From Octopus vulgaris (lineage: Eukaryota): DNA of 64,000 nucleotides. The position numbers and the translations under genes are program-made. Within the stretch, counting starts at the first letter, position 1; each line of letters opens with the position of its first letter. Below, one piece after another: positions 31,641-47,559 of the stretch. The stretch is from the NCBI GenBank assembly GCA_951406725.2, contig OX597826.1:68510001-68574000 (forward strand). Reading direction: 5' to 3'. The notes under the pieces were generated by a model. It ran no database searches and was not told the origin of the DNA. It saw only the letters and a list, made by a program, of their open reading frames with translations.

Positions 31641-32084
31641 CTTCTTACGCCAACAGACGCTATAACGGGTATATATTTCCGTGCAAATTTTGCCAGTGTG
31701 CTCAATAAATTTCAATATATTATTGAATTATATCAAATTATGACCTATAATGTAAGATGACAATGTAAAAATTCCTACACACGCATATATATGTATTTAT
31801 TTATTTACACATACATATCTCAATGTATGTATAGATATTTGTTTATGTTCTTAAGTATATGCGTATAATGGAAGTGAATATATATATAAATATATAAATA
31901 TATTCACTTGTCACTTCTTTTCTTTCCATTTTGTCTCTCTAATAGGCCCGAAACGCTGATGAGATTTGTGTCTGTCTGTGTGTAAGAGATTTGTCTGTTT
32001 GATAAATTGCTTCTGTCACTTTATTGCAGAGATCTTGTGATCGTTATTGTTGTTCTGTCCACTGATGCAAACTTAGCTTCACTC

Positions 32085-33180
<1,096 letters not shown>

Positions 33181-33369
33181 GCATATTAATATTAATAACA
33201 AATATATATATATATATATATATAAATAACATATAACATATTTATAAACATATATAACTTATATATATATAATATATATAGGATCAGATTTCTAGCTCTA
33301 TTCATAGTGTTTGAATCACAAACCTATCAAAATTCTGTGTGTGTGTATATATATATATATATGCATATA

Positions 33370-33967
33370 TACAGTTGCGTCCAAAATGTTCAGAACCGCA
33401 TTGTTTTCGCCAGAAAAAGTAAGTATAAGTTTTTATCAAAGTTGTTTTATATTCTATAATTTTCACACACAATAAATACAATATTAATTGTTATTGTCTG
33501 GGATTTTAGTGTAATTTGAGAGGATAATACAAAGGTTATGGATGATTTAGTGATTTACTGTAAAACCCATGGCGGCCAAAATGATCAGAACGGTTGAAAA
33601 AATAACAAAATAATTAAAAATGACAGAGGATACTGGAATTATCACACTTTGACATCTTCGACTGCACGAGGAAATTTCTTGCTAGGTGATCTTATTCCAT
33701 CCTTTCTTGCTAGGTGATCTTATTCAATCCTTCCTGAAGGTCATTCCATAATTGCTCGGTTGTTTTAGGATGTCTGGCTTTCAAACGTTCTCCTAGAATA
33801 TTCCACACATTTTCAATAGGATTGAGATCTGTGCTTTGAGCAGGCGAATCCATAATAATAACCTTTTCAGCTTTGAGGAAGTTCATGACCACCTTAGCCT
33901 TGTGACATGGGGCATTGTCCTGCATGAATATGGGTGGTCGCTTAGTTGAATTTCTCAGCACAGGCAC
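33370..33967 (-). mobile_element. Tc1 transposon 3' part with IR/DR-type terminal repeat
   Basis: FMQDNAPCH...AQSTDLNPIENVW. Terminus TA-CAGTTGCGTCCAAAATGTTCAGAAC at 33370, inner repeat ggcggccaaaatgatcagaac at 33571. Confidence 0.9.
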
Positions 33968-35957
33968 ATCATAATAATCACCATCATCATCATAATCATC
34001 ATCATCAGCATGATCCTCATCATCGTCATCATCATAATACTCATTCTCATCATCATCAACATCATCAACATAATCATCATCATCAGCATCATCGTCAACA
34101 TAATAAACATCTTCGTCATCATCATAATCATCATCATCATCATCATAATCATCATCGTCATCATCATCATCGTCGTCGTCGTCGTCGTCATTGTAATCAT
34201 CATCTTCGTCTCCATCATCATCATCGTCATCATCATCATCCTGACTATCAGCATAGAATCGTTTTTCCCCCCCATTGTTATCACCACAACCATCAATTTT
34301 TCTCTAGACTAAATTATTATGTTTATTTTCTCTTCCTTGAATTTAAGTAATAAAATTCTTCAAGATTCGCCAACGTCACACTTACGTGGGAAAGCATCGT
34401 CTTACACGAAGTCGTTGTCCGTTTCATTTAACTCACATTCTTCCCCGCTCTCCTGATTCTCTCCCGCATCTCTCTGTCTCCTCTTCTTCTCTGGCTATGT
34501 GCATGAACACACGAAGCAACATTGTTTTACATTCGAAGTAAGCCTTATATTTACATATATAATACTAAACACAGACGTGTATATATATATAGTTATCGCC
34601 ATACTAATATGGCATTCTTATAAAGCTGTCCGCTTATATATATATATATATTATTCTTTTTTTATATATATATATATATATATACTAGAATAAGCACATA
34701 AACGTGAAACAAGGTGGAAAGAAGAGTACTCGAATACCGGAGGTACTGTAGTATGCTTCAGGAGTAAAGCTGCAAAGACGTCACAAATTATTTTTTTATG
34801 TCTTTGCAGCTTTATTAATAAAGAACATATATATATACAATCTTTATAAGCAAACCAGAAGGGTTTCTAAATTACGGAGCCATGTAAGGGTTGATTTGTG
34901 GCTTCGATTCTGGCTTCGCTTAGCTCATCAATTTTCACTCGACTGTTTATATATAAACGTCGTTTTAAATCCGAGGATACATACATATATATATATAATC
35001 AGCCGAAATTTTCTATGATGATCCGGTTTCCGACTGAAGATTAAAGGCTTCGAATGACCCGTCCGTTTTTTGTGTTCGTCTCTTTGTGTATTTCACGTTC
35101 TTGTTTTTTTATATATAATTTTTATACCTATATATATATATATATATATATACACTAGCCCATATATATATACATATATACACATGTATACGCCTAGATA
35201 TCCACGAAAGACAATCTTAGATACAGGGCGTTCGTATACATACACGTACACACACACACTCTTAAATATAAGTGTGTATGCATCAGAGATAAATTTTTAT
35301 GTTATTTTATGTTTTTTTTTAAGGTTGTATTTTGATAATATAATCCGCGTCACTCATTCTTTTCGTTCACTTTGTAGCCTCCACCCAACAACTCATTAAT
35401 TTAATGGACACTGTTTGTGAAGAGGTTCCTGGATTAGACAAATGAAGACGGGTGCTGCACTGTATATATATTCAATTAACTCATATATCTAATTAACGAA
35501 CAAAAGACGATCACGCGCACACTCATACACGCATAAATATAGAGAGATATGCATCGTAACATGCGTAGTGATAAACACTAAATAAATACAGTTGTAGAAG
35601 CATTAGCAAAATCATATAGGCTCATCGACACAATCTGACGCATGCGCTATCACATATCCATGCACACGTATCTATGAATTCTCAATAGTTGTATAAACAT
35701 AAGACCTTTTCAAATATATGTTAAATATTCTAATAGAAATGACTTCAATGATTTCCGATGCGTTTCTGGTCAAAAACAAAACCTCTGTTGCCGATGGTAG
35801 TATTTTACTGTCAATGCATTTAGTGAACGTCTGTACGTACATGAGTGTGAACGTATATAGGTGTTTTTATGTTCGTTTAGAAATGCATCTGTGCCTGAAA
35901 TTGTACGACTAAATGCATGTACACCTAATTGCATGTAAATTATATATGTATACATAC

Positions 35958-36003
<46 letters not shown>

Positions 36004-36018
36004 AGATAGTTTGATAGA

Positions 36019-36060
<42 letters not shown>

Positions 36061-36062
36061 TT

Positions 36063-36310
36063 TCCTTCTCGAGACAGTCCTGGCTCATAGGGCCGGTGTC
36101 CCGGTTTTCTTGGCGTATAGGTCCCCCACCTCGACGGGACGCCGGTCCGTAGCAGGTGAGCTGCACGATGCAGGAGGAAAGAGTAAGAGAAAGTTGTGGC
36201 GAAAGAATCAGCAGAAGTTTCGCCATTACCTTCTGCCAGAGCTACGCGGAGTTTAGGTGTTTGGCTCATAAACACACACACATCGGCCGGTCTGAGATTC
36301 GAACCCACGA
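36063..36310 (-). mobile_element. tRNA-derived SINE with V-domain-like centre
   Basis: B box ggttcgaatc; cctgctacggaccggcgtcccgtcgaggtggg resembles the V-SINE central motif. A related head lies at 14480-14580, minus strand. Confidence 0.6.
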
Positions 36311-36890
36311 ATATATAGGCGGGGGAGAGTGTATGCTTTTGTGTAAGTGAGTGTGTATATGTGTGTGTTTGTAAAAAAGAAGTGGGCTGAAAATGTACTG
36401 TAAGCTTTTAAAAGATCACCTTCCAACTGACACTATATTTGAAAATCTTAACTTTGTGAAACCGGTTAAGGATATCCTAATAACTCTTGTTATACATTCC
36501 AATATATCTTGAGCGTTTTTTTTTTTTTCAGCCACATCTCAAAAGGAATGTGATATATTATAGTTTCCCTCGTGCGAATATCACCTATTTCCTGTATTTA
36601 TGCATATATACGCACACATACACACCGTCACACACATATATTCATAGACACACACGCACACTTACATATATGTATACCCGCACGTCCAAGTGTATATGCA
36701 AACTTTGTGTGCCTATGCACTTAAAACGGATAAGTAATTTCGCGCTATTTAAACCGAATCTTTTCGTAAATATTCATAAGAAATTTTGCTCTTACTCTCT
36801 ATATTTTTGGTTCGGTATCCATTCCGTATACATATATGCACGCACACACTCACACCAACTCATACATACATATATGCATTGATATATACG

Positions 36891-36925
<35 letters not shown>

Positions 36926-36944
36926 CTCTATATATAGATATGTC

Positions 36945-36996
<52 letters not shown>

Positions 36997-37095
36997 ATTC
37001 AAAAGCGAAAAGAAAAGCAAAAGAGGACGTGGCATATATATATACACGCACATATGTATGTATATATATACACAAATATATATATATATATATGG

Positions 37096-37181
<86 letters not shown>

Positions 37182-37202
37182 TTAGATAGATAGATAGATA
37201 CA

Positions 37203-37235
<33 letters not shown>

Positions 37236-37813
37236 GTGTGTATGTGTTCGTCTCCTTGTGACTATGTGTTTATCTACTGATGTGGTTATTAGATATTCTT
37301 GGATATATTAAAGCTTGTAGGTCATTAACCAAATATAGGTCTCGATACTGAAAGGACGGTGAAGCATTTGTAAGTACAATAGTGTAAATGACATGAAATT
37401 ATCGCCCAAGATGGCGTCTTACTCTATCAGGAAAAAGTATATTGCTGTTAAGTGTGTAAATTCGATTGGGATGAAGTGACTTAGATACAATTTATACTAA
37501 AAAGCTGTACTGTCTGATACACAGAATGAACTGTATATATATGAGATGTGTTTCATGAACGAACAGCGTTTCAGTTTATTTTTATCCGGATGGAACGAGT
37601 GTATATTTGGAACGTCTGAAACGGTTATTTAAATATCATACATAGACATATAAGTATACATATATGTGTGTGTATAGATGCATATGCATATATATATATA
37701 TGTCTATGTATGTATATGTATATGTATATGTATGTATATGTATATGTATGTATATGTATATGTGTATGTATATATTATGTAGTGTACGTATATATTATGT
37801 ATGTATATATATG

Positions 37814-37848
<35 letters not shown>

Positions 37849-38025
37849 ATCTATATGTGTCTAGATATAGATATGTATGTATAAATATATATATATATTA
37901 GATAGAAAGTTAGATAGGTAGATATAGATAGATAAATAGATAGATAGATGGATAGATCGAGCAATATATAGATAGATAGTTAGATAGATATATAGATATA
38001 CAGATAGATAGATAGATAGACAGAC

Positions 38026-38111
<86 letters not shown>

Positions 38112-38328
38112 GCAGACAGGTGACAGAGAGAGAGGGGGGCAGTGGATTTGGAAACATTGTTCTGACGGCTTTTTAAGTATATTTAGGCGTATATTTGATG
38201 ACTATTAATTTAGTATAGAACTGTAACGGGATAAAATGTTACCATAATAATTGATTAGTCTCTAACTGCTGTTATAGTAATACTAATAATAAAACTGATA
38301 ATAATAATAATAATAATAATGATAATAC

Positions 38329-38391
<63 letters not shown>

Positions 38392-39006
38392 CGACAACTA
38401 CAACAAAAATAATACATTCGAGGTATATAGATATTGAATCAGTTTTATGTTATTGCAAAATAGCCGCATCGTTTTAATATTTTATTATCGTTAGGATTTA
38501 GGATAAGGAAATACTAAAAATAAAAGCGAAATTTATCTATTTTCCAATATATATTATTTATAAGGGTTAACAACTTAGTGTTATGTTTGAGATATGATGA
38601 TAATTTATTTTGACTACAAGAAAATTATATATGATTTAGGTGTGAATAAAATAAGAAACTCCCAAATACACCAATTAGCTAATATTATTCAATACTTATA
38701 GCATAATAATATTCACTGTCTTTTGACTGAAAGAACATATGTCGTAATGTAAAAGGCTACGAATCGTAACTACTCTCTTAACCTTCGTCTTGTTTTAGTC
38801 AATAAACCGCAGCCATCGTTTTACACTAACTTGAAGGTGATTTTTATAGATCATGCTTATCTCAGTTTTTATTCTATAAATGTAGTACATATTTCCATAT
38901 TGTACAGTAGAAATCGCAGATAACGGTTGATTATTTTCAAGGGATATGAATCCTACACATAAAAATAGAAGCAAGCCTTAAAAACAGACACAGAAACATT
39001 TATATG

Positions 39007-39218
39007 TACGAGGGGGTACTGTAAATTTCCTGGCCTTAAGGCTATTTCGAAATGCCTTGTTGGAGGCCGAAAATTTTGAGGGTTTATTTTTTCTTTTAAC
39101 AAGGCTTAGAAAAACTGAAGGACCGCTGCAATAAGTAAGAGAATCTGAGAAGGGAATATGCTGAATAAAATTATAATTAAATGATCCTCCTGCATTCTCC
39201 TGTATTCTTTTTTACCCA

Positions 39219-39220
<2 letters not shown>
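39007..39220 (+). mobile_element. Mariner-derived MITE
   Basis: Starts TACGAGGGGG, carries a mariner C-terminal relic (RCNK..NLRREYAE*). The same family occurs in the opposite orientation at 11462-11650. Confidence 0.65.
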
Positions 39221-39305
<85 letters not shown>

Positions 39306-39581
39306 ACTATATATATATATCATTGTTTCACTTACGCATAACGATACGAATAACGTTAGAATTCAATATACGTTTGTTTCGGAACAAAGAGGACACAGCA
39401 TAAGTTGATACACAAAACAGTCGGATCTGAGTTCACAGCAATCTATTGGACAAACAGCTCTAAGCTTATGAACTTCATTGCATAATTTTCTGTTCCTTTG
39501 GCATGTATTCAATTTTATATATATATATGCCTATCTATCTGTCTAACTACTTCGCTCTCTCTATACATATACACACATATG

Positions 39582-39699
<118 letters not shown>

Positions 39700-39780
39700 T
39701 ACATATATATACATATATATATACACATATATACATATATATATGTGAGTACGTGTATGGAGAGAGAGAGAGAGAGTGAC

Positions 39781-39838
<58 letters not shown>

Positions 39839-41439
39839 GAGTATGTTTCGGTACGCAGGTGGAGACTATAATACAACATCTGTATTTCTCTCACGAATTT
39901 CACTCATCAGTCACTTGGTGGTCGGAAGGTAGAGTTCAAGACACTTGTCAAAAAACTCCGCGTCGGCACTGAACACGTTACAGAGTTGCAGTAAAACAAA
40001 CTTTTAAGTAAAGCCCGCATCCTTAAAATATAAATCTATGCCTTTCAATTACATTTATAATTATAGAAAATTTTAATGATAGAAAAATTGTGAAGACTAT
40101 TGAATTTGAGAAAAATACAACTCACTAATGTTATATAAAATGTTTTAGTTAAACAAAATATTGTCTTTTTTTCCTGTAGATATTGAGAATTTTTCTATTT
40201 AAGAGACGAAAAGTTTTCAAAATCGATATAAAGTCATAAAAATGACTCCCTCACAAACACACACAAACTCTCTTTCTTTCTTTCTCTCACTCCCTTTCCT
40301 CCTCTCTCTGTTGATGAAAAAATGCGAAGACGGGAAATATAATTTCACCACATAAAGTTTGGTTTTATAGGTGTGCATGTAAAAACAGAAATAATGTTTG
40401 TTCACAAAAGGTAGTATTTTAACTACTTGAAACAATGATAGTAAATGTGATAAGGGCAGAAAAATTACCGATCAAAAGTAAAAAAATTGATACAAACTCG
40501 AAAACAAAGTCACATTGTATAAATTTGATCAAATAATGTCTCATAAATTTTTAATTATTACGATTTTAGACTTATAAGAATATGAAGGCGAAATATCAAA
40601 AATATATACAATGAACAACAGTTTATTTTTCAATAATAATCGATTTGAAATATTTATTTATGCTATGTAAATGTAATTGCTTCAAACAATATGATACAAT
40701 ATAATGACAATATGAATACACTGTGAATACAGTGTATAAAGAATATATGAATATAAGAGGAATGGAAATTATGTACAAAGAACGTATGACAAATAATCGA
40801 TATGAAATTTAAGTTTGATAGAAGAGGTGAAGACGGGAAAATAATACGTTGATATAATAAATGACAATGGATGGTGGAGGCTGGTTTAGTCTCACGTAGT
40901 TCGTGGATATCATTGTTAGTTATATACTTCGGTCATAGGATTCAGGCCCCAGCACTTAGTTTGAATTCTGGTACATATTTTATCGATCTCTTTCGCCAAA
41001 CTGTTTTGTTACAGGGATTTACGTAAAACAGCACCGGTTATCAAGCTGTACTGGAGGACAAGTACAAACACCCACGCACAGCACACATACATACGCACAC
41101 ACACTCTCACACGCACACACACTCTCACACGCACACACACACACACATGTAATATTACTACGGCACTACGTCAGTTACGACGACCCCGAGGGTTCCAGTT
41201 AAACCAATCAACGAAAGAACCTGCCCGTGAAATTAACGTGCAAGTGACTGAGCATTCCACAGACACGTGTATCTTTAACGTAGTTCTCGGAGAGATTCAG
41301 CGTGACACAGTGTGTGACAGGGCTGACCCTTTGAAATACAGGTACAACAGAAATAAAGTTACGGTGAAAGAGTACAGCAATGTCCGCCACCAACACCTGC
41401 TGGACTTCGTGAAGCTTTAAGTGTTTATATGTATGTATG

Positions 41440-41670
41440 TATGTGTGTGTATGTGTTTGTGTGTCTGTGTTTGTCCCCACCAACATCGCTTGACAACCGA
41501 CGGTGGTGTGTTTACGCCCCCGTAACTTAGCGGTTCGGCAAAAGAGACCGATACAATAAGTACTAGCCTTCCAAAGAATAAGTTCCGGGGGTCGATTTGA
41601 TCGGCTAAAGGCGGTGCTCCAACATAGCTGTAGTCAAATGACTGAAACAAGTAAAAGAGTAAGAGAGTAA
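41440..41670 (+). mobile_element. SINE family B 3' half
   Basis: taacttagcggttcggcaaaagagaccgat...gtcaaatgactgaaacaagtaaaagag. Similar halves at 15130-15250 and 20340-20515. Confidence 0.8.
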
Positions 41671-41679
41671 TTGTTTAAA

Positions 41680-42950
41680 ATTCTATGTCTATGATAGAAG
41701 TTCTGTGTGGCGCTTAATTTGCTCTTGGTTAAGAAACCATATTAAATGATTCAGAGTTGCAAGGTTGACAAATCTATTTTAACATTATTGTATGGTTTCC
41801 AAAAGAATAGTGATCTCTATTTTATGTAAAATGTGTTGCTTGTCTTTTAAATTCCCTCTGTAGCTCGACAAAGACGTATTGCATCTCTATTTAGATTTCT
41901 AAAAGCATATTCATAAGATTCAGTGTGAAATGCTTTGTTCGTTAATCCTGCAAACAATTTTGAGTTTGAATGTATGTTAACAGAGACACAATAATCCAAT
42001 CATTTGCTTTGCAATTACCTCCTAAGGACAATGATTGTCATCGTATAATTACTCTTATGTGTGTTATGATTACAATGATGTGTATTTAATTTATATTGAT
42101 TTCAGTCCGCTAGTATTTGCGCAAACCTATATGTAGCCGAGGAATATTTTGGTTAAAGAGCATGTAGTATTTGCGTTTAGGGATAAATATTTAACGAGCA
42201 GTTTAGCTACTTGTAAATTATACAGATGAATTTAAGATACAAAGGATCTTTGTCAACGATAAATTTATATTGCCGGTAATTGTAGTTATATTGAAGGTTT
42301 TAATTTGGATTATCAAATAATGTATATTGGAATTTACAATGCATCGAAGAAATTTGCAAGTTTCAGGGTTTTCTTCACCTGTTATTCAAGACCTTAAGTG
42401 TTTGACAATATTACAATATTATAACGGTTCTTATGAATTCTACCAGCAGTTAGTGATTAAAGATACATAATATCAACAATAGATTATCTTAACGGAATAA
42501 ACATTGAGGCATATCTGTGGATCTTGTACGCAAGATGTTCCAAATATGTAAATCAACAATAGCGCTGACCTCGGCTGTATGCTTTGAACCCATACTTACT
42601 CTGAATAGAACTAAATTAAGCTGGTTAATCTGAATATGATAGTGAAAGTGAAAGGAAAGCAATTATTTTCTCGCTTGAAAGATAACTTCAATAGCAGACT
42701 TCTTCACAGGCGTTACTTTTCGACGAGTAAGTGGAACAGAAGGAATATGTTATGTGATAAAAGCATAGCAATCATACATATCAAAAGTGCCAATTCTCTG
42801 TACTGGATTATTTGAAGCCACTGGATTATACAGTGTCTTTGAAGTGTTTTAGAAAGGTGCACGGAATCCGGACTTCAATTTACTCCTGATACAATCAAAT
42901 ATATGTGAGCTCTTAACTCTAATAACTGTTTTCAAATGCAATGTTATTCT
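41680..42950 (-). mobile_element. Highly decayed Penelope-like element (RT followed by GIY-YIG relic)
   Basis: IEVIFQARK*LL; MGSKHTAEVSAIVDLHIW (42593 downwards; cf. MGS.DGAE.CELVGLYIL); downstream KLFAGLT and KRHTELLS relics. Confidence 0.55.
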
Positions 42951-43089
42951 GCCAAGGGAATGATTGGTAAAATTAGAGGATGGCCTTTAAAAGTAAAATG
43001 TGATTGTTACATTAGAAATACAGTCATTATCATAATTTTCAACGATTATCTTAACATTATGATACAAGGTCCTTCCTAAGCTGATGTTC

Positions 43090-43792
43090 GCCATTGAATA
43101 CTATACTGATATCATCCCCTAAAATTACCAATTCCATCCTTCTAGCTGCCTTGCGACATCCTCGATTGATTGAACCTGTTAATGTCCGACTCTGTTTTGT
43201 ACACAACTACGCCTATCTGCCGTCAATATTTAGACAACATAATATGGCCACTTCCGTTTAATCGTCTCAATATTTCAATGATATCTTTATATTATTTTGC
43301 TCACTTATCCTTTCACGATTTGCAGTCTCTTTAATAATTCCTAAAGTAGTTCTGTCATACTTCATGTTATATTCTATGATTCTATTCCATATTTAGTTAT
43401 ATTCCTTTGACCTATGGTTTTGCCCTATAAATCATTGCCGGTATGAAACACCAGTTTTAGCGCTTCGGGTATATTGCCATCTTATTTTTGCTGTCACTTA
43501 ATTTATCAAAAGTATACTAAAGCGCCTGGTTTCATTCTGTTCGTTACTCCAAAGGGCTGCATTCAACTTTTAACAGACGTCCAACATAAATGTATTTTCC
43601 GTTGCTATTTTATTAACATTGCTGACTTGGGTGAGTTCACTCGTTGCATGGCTATTGAACATCACTTGTGTTTTCATCATATTTATTTTTAGTCTCGCCT
43701 TGTTGCTTTCGCTGTTCAGTTCATTTAGTTTCTGTTCCAGTTCCTGAACAACGTTTGAGAAAGTGGCTATGACATCAACAAAGCGTAAATAA
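43090..43792 (-). mobile_element. Decayed RTE-clade LINE reverse transcriptase 3' region
   Basis: YLRFVDVIATFSNVVQELEQKLNELNSESNKARLKINMMKTQVMFN resembles LRFADDI...GLKIN..KTKVM. Confidence 0.7.
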
Positions 43793-43999
43793 CAACAACA
43801 ACGACAAAGACAAAAAAGTCGGTATTTGTTTATTTATTTGTTATTTCATTTAAGCTTTTCAAAGACGCCTGCCAGTGCAGCATTAAAGAGTTTGGGCAAT
43901 ATTATGTCCCGTTGTTTAACTCTACACCAATATTGATTATTTTGCTTTCAGTATGAAGTCTTATAGATGATATTCCATGGTAATAAAGTATCATAGTCG

Positions 44000-44036
<37 letters not shown>

Positions 44037-44038
44037 GG

Positions 44039-44073
<35 letters not shown>

Positions 44074-44275
44074 AATGTGTATATATATATGTATATATAT
44101 ATATATGTATATATATATATGTATATATATATGCATATATGTATGTATATATATGTATATGTATATATGTATATATATATATATATGTGTATATATATAT
44201 GTGTGTATATATATATATGTATATATATATATGCATATATATATGTATATATATATATGTATATATATATGTATG

Positions 44276-44306
<31 letters not shown>

Positions 44307-45229
44307 TTATATGTAAATGGATATATATGTGCATATATATATATATACATATAAAGATATATACATATATATATATATATGTAAATATAACTTTGATGTA
44401 CTCCCTTGTGAATGACCACTTCAAGTACAACCCTGTCATCATTGCTAAAATCTGTGACAATATCTTTAACATTAATGTCAATATTTCGTAATAGGTTTTT
44501 AGATGAATTGGTGAAGAACCAGTGGTGGTTTTTCTTCTTTATTTTGCAAAAAACATTTTTATTTGTTTCATCGGAATTCACAAAAACGTTATTGTTATAT
44601 TTTATTGATTTATTTTATTTTTATTGTGCTTTTAAAGATAGCTGGTACAGCAACTCAATTTGTGTTTTCTAATTAAGAGGAAAGGGTCATTTTCGAGTGG
44701 TCGAATCAATTAGATTTGAGGTAGACATTTAATAGTTTTAAAAGCAATGTTTTGTATCATCTGCATGTAGTTATTTATTTTTTAAAAAAGGAAATCATAA
44801 TGTTTTATCAAGAGAATCAGAGGGACATATTAATTTTTCGCAAAAATATACGAAGATGATACCAAAAACAGTTTCCATTGTAAAAGCTTTAAATGAACAC
44901 CATCTCAATCTCACATTAATGTAATCAGTTAATGGCGCCTTATTTCACAAAATCAGAAATATAAAGAAATATAAAGTTCAGATCTAGAACCACCTCTACC
45001 AAGAAGACAAATATAATAAATTGGAAAATAAAAATACGAGTAACAATGTTTTCATAACTGCAGATGCAAAATCAACACAAAATACAAATAGCAATATCAC
45101 TTCAACACGCTAACTAAACAAAACAGACGTGATTAATCGAGTTCAAATTTAATACAAAGAAAACAAATGATGACATTTTAAATTACATTATTACTAATGA
45201 TATAAATTTGACACGAATTTAGTCATACA

Positions 45230-45860
45230 TTACAAGATTAAAGCAATTAACAATACAAGAACCATGCTTCACCTTTAAAGATCATGAGCCTGAATTCATC
45301 AATGCATACCTTAAACAGAATGTGCGTTCCATTAAAGTTAGATATTGAAATTATTTGAAAAGTATATTAGGTTCAATCAGTCGTGAATAAATTGGAAGTT
45401 TCGATTCCTTTCGTCCTCTGTAGAGTAATGACGACTTCGGGATTCAAGAATTAAACGAAGCCTGGAGAAAACTACTGATAGGTCCCACATGAACATCTGT
45501 AATTCCGTCAAATACTCAAGGTTCTAAATATCATTTGAGCACCGGTTTAATTAGGGAAAATTCTTTTGTGTCCTTTAACGTTTATATCTCATATGTGTCA
45601 TGCAAAAAAATACATAACAAAAGGGAAACATACAGAAAAGATATATTTCCAGTATAAGTTTAGTACACATTAATTTTACATCATACAATGTGTCTATAAA
45701 ACATTATAACATTTTAGTTATCAAGCTGGTTCTCAACAATGCATCTACCTATTGTAATGAAGTAATTAAGCGTACAAAGTCGTCAATATATGTTATAATT
45801 TAACATTAAATTCTTTTGTAGCAACTCCCGTAACAAAATCTTAGTTAAGTATGTTCACGT
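45230..45860 (+). mobile_element. Penelope-like RT N-terminal relic
   Basis: PCFTFKDHEPEF resembles F.TLKDHK.NF; otherwise very decayed. Confidence 0.4.
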
Positions 45861-46707
45861 ATCAGAAATTATTGCTTCTATCACGAGCGAATAACCTTAA
45901 ATTTAGGGAAGGTTTTATTATGGATACTCTACACCTTAATGTTTGACCTCAACTTTATTTTAGCCACGCTAAAGAAACAGTAGGGAGACAAAGATGATCT
46001 TTGCAGAATATCAACTCAAAAACTAAGGAGCTGTAAAAGGGAATCACACAAAATTTTCTCGACGATCTAACCGTTCTGCCAATCCAATATAAAGAAGTAA
46101 AACAAATTCTACGGAAATTATTTTTACAGTGCACTCGAATTACACATTGTTTCTATAATTTCTACAAAATGACAAACCCAGACCAATTAAAATTAAACAC
46201 TACATATCTCGTGAGGGATGCAGCAAAATTATGCCAATGGTAAACACATGCACTGTTTATACTTCACTTCATTATCATTTATTTGCCAGTTAGTTAATTA
46301 TTTAAACAAATTATCGATTGTTTTGATTAATCGTTCGTTTAATCAATCTGTCAGTTCGATTTGTGAAAGTCGTTTCTTCGCCATTCGTGACCTCAGCAAT
46401 AACATACCTTAACCGAAAGACTAATCTAGCAATCAGTCAGTTACTTGGTTAAATATTTAACCGAGTTGTAAATTAACAAACGAATAAAATAGAACCAGCG
46501 TTTATTTGTGTGTGTGTATTATTGGCATAACGATCCTACCGAAGCAAAACAAAAACTATGCTTCATCGCACGTGTCATCATAGGAGATCACATGTAATTG
46601 TCTTGCGTAACAGTTGTTTCGTACTTACTAGCTACAAACGAGAATTATGTTTTGACATTACCAACACACATTTGACCTCAATATCACATATCGATTTAAA
46701 GGTCACT

Positions 46708-46911
46708 TCATATAAAATTTTCGTTTGTTAACAGCTGTTTAGAATTCCTAACGAAAAAAAAAAAGTGCTTATCAAGAAACGTTTCGAATTTAATGTCGAC
46801 AAAGATATTATTTATGCGAAAATAGAAAAAAAATTTGAATGCTTTTGAAAACCATATTACCATTAAAACTTTGTCATCACTTTCCCATATACGTATTTTT
46901 AGAAATTCCAT
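46708..46911 (-). mobile_element. Penelope-like RT/endonuclease linker relic
   Basis: VIWFSKAF...NNI...FETFLDKHF resembles IWFNPPF...NIG..F..L.DKHF. A similar relic ([16 protein letters not shown]) lies at 44470-44580, minus strand. Confidence 0.45.
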
Positions 46912-47057
46912 TTTCCAACCTCTAACTAATTAAACGTCATTCATAATTAACATCATTAAGCATACAGAGAATTTTAAAACATGACAATATTTCAAATATA
47001 CTCCCAACCACAGAACACACACACACACACGTATGCACACACACACACACACACGCG

Positions 47058-47093
<36 letters not shown>

Positions 47094-47559
47094 AACACAC
47101 AGACAGACATGCACACATACGTAATCTTTTCCAGAGTAATAACAAATCACTGGTCCAAACACTAGTAGAATTATAAACTCATACACATTAGTTTTATAAT
47201 AGCTTTCTCCAGAAATATAGTCTGTGAAAAATAGTTATAGTCAATATGAGATGCATTAGGCATATTGTGAATTACTTGAGGCGCTGATGAAAGGACAATA
47301 GTCCTTGATATATGTATCTACATCCATCACCTTTGTTCCTATCTTCGACAACACTACTTACATAATGGTATTTGCTTACGAAACGTATAGCATACAATGC
47401 AGGCACCAAACAATATAGAAAATCTATAGAAATTGTGTGTGTGTGTACATATATAAGTATATATATATATATAAACAGAACCTTCTAAAATGATAATAAA
47501 CAATAAATGTGTGTGTGTGCGTATGTATGTATATATATATATAAATAGATAGATATAAA

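Noticed and set aside
31945-31965. GAAACgCTGATGA adjacent core words
   Set aside because: The order and spacing do not allow a hammerhead fold.
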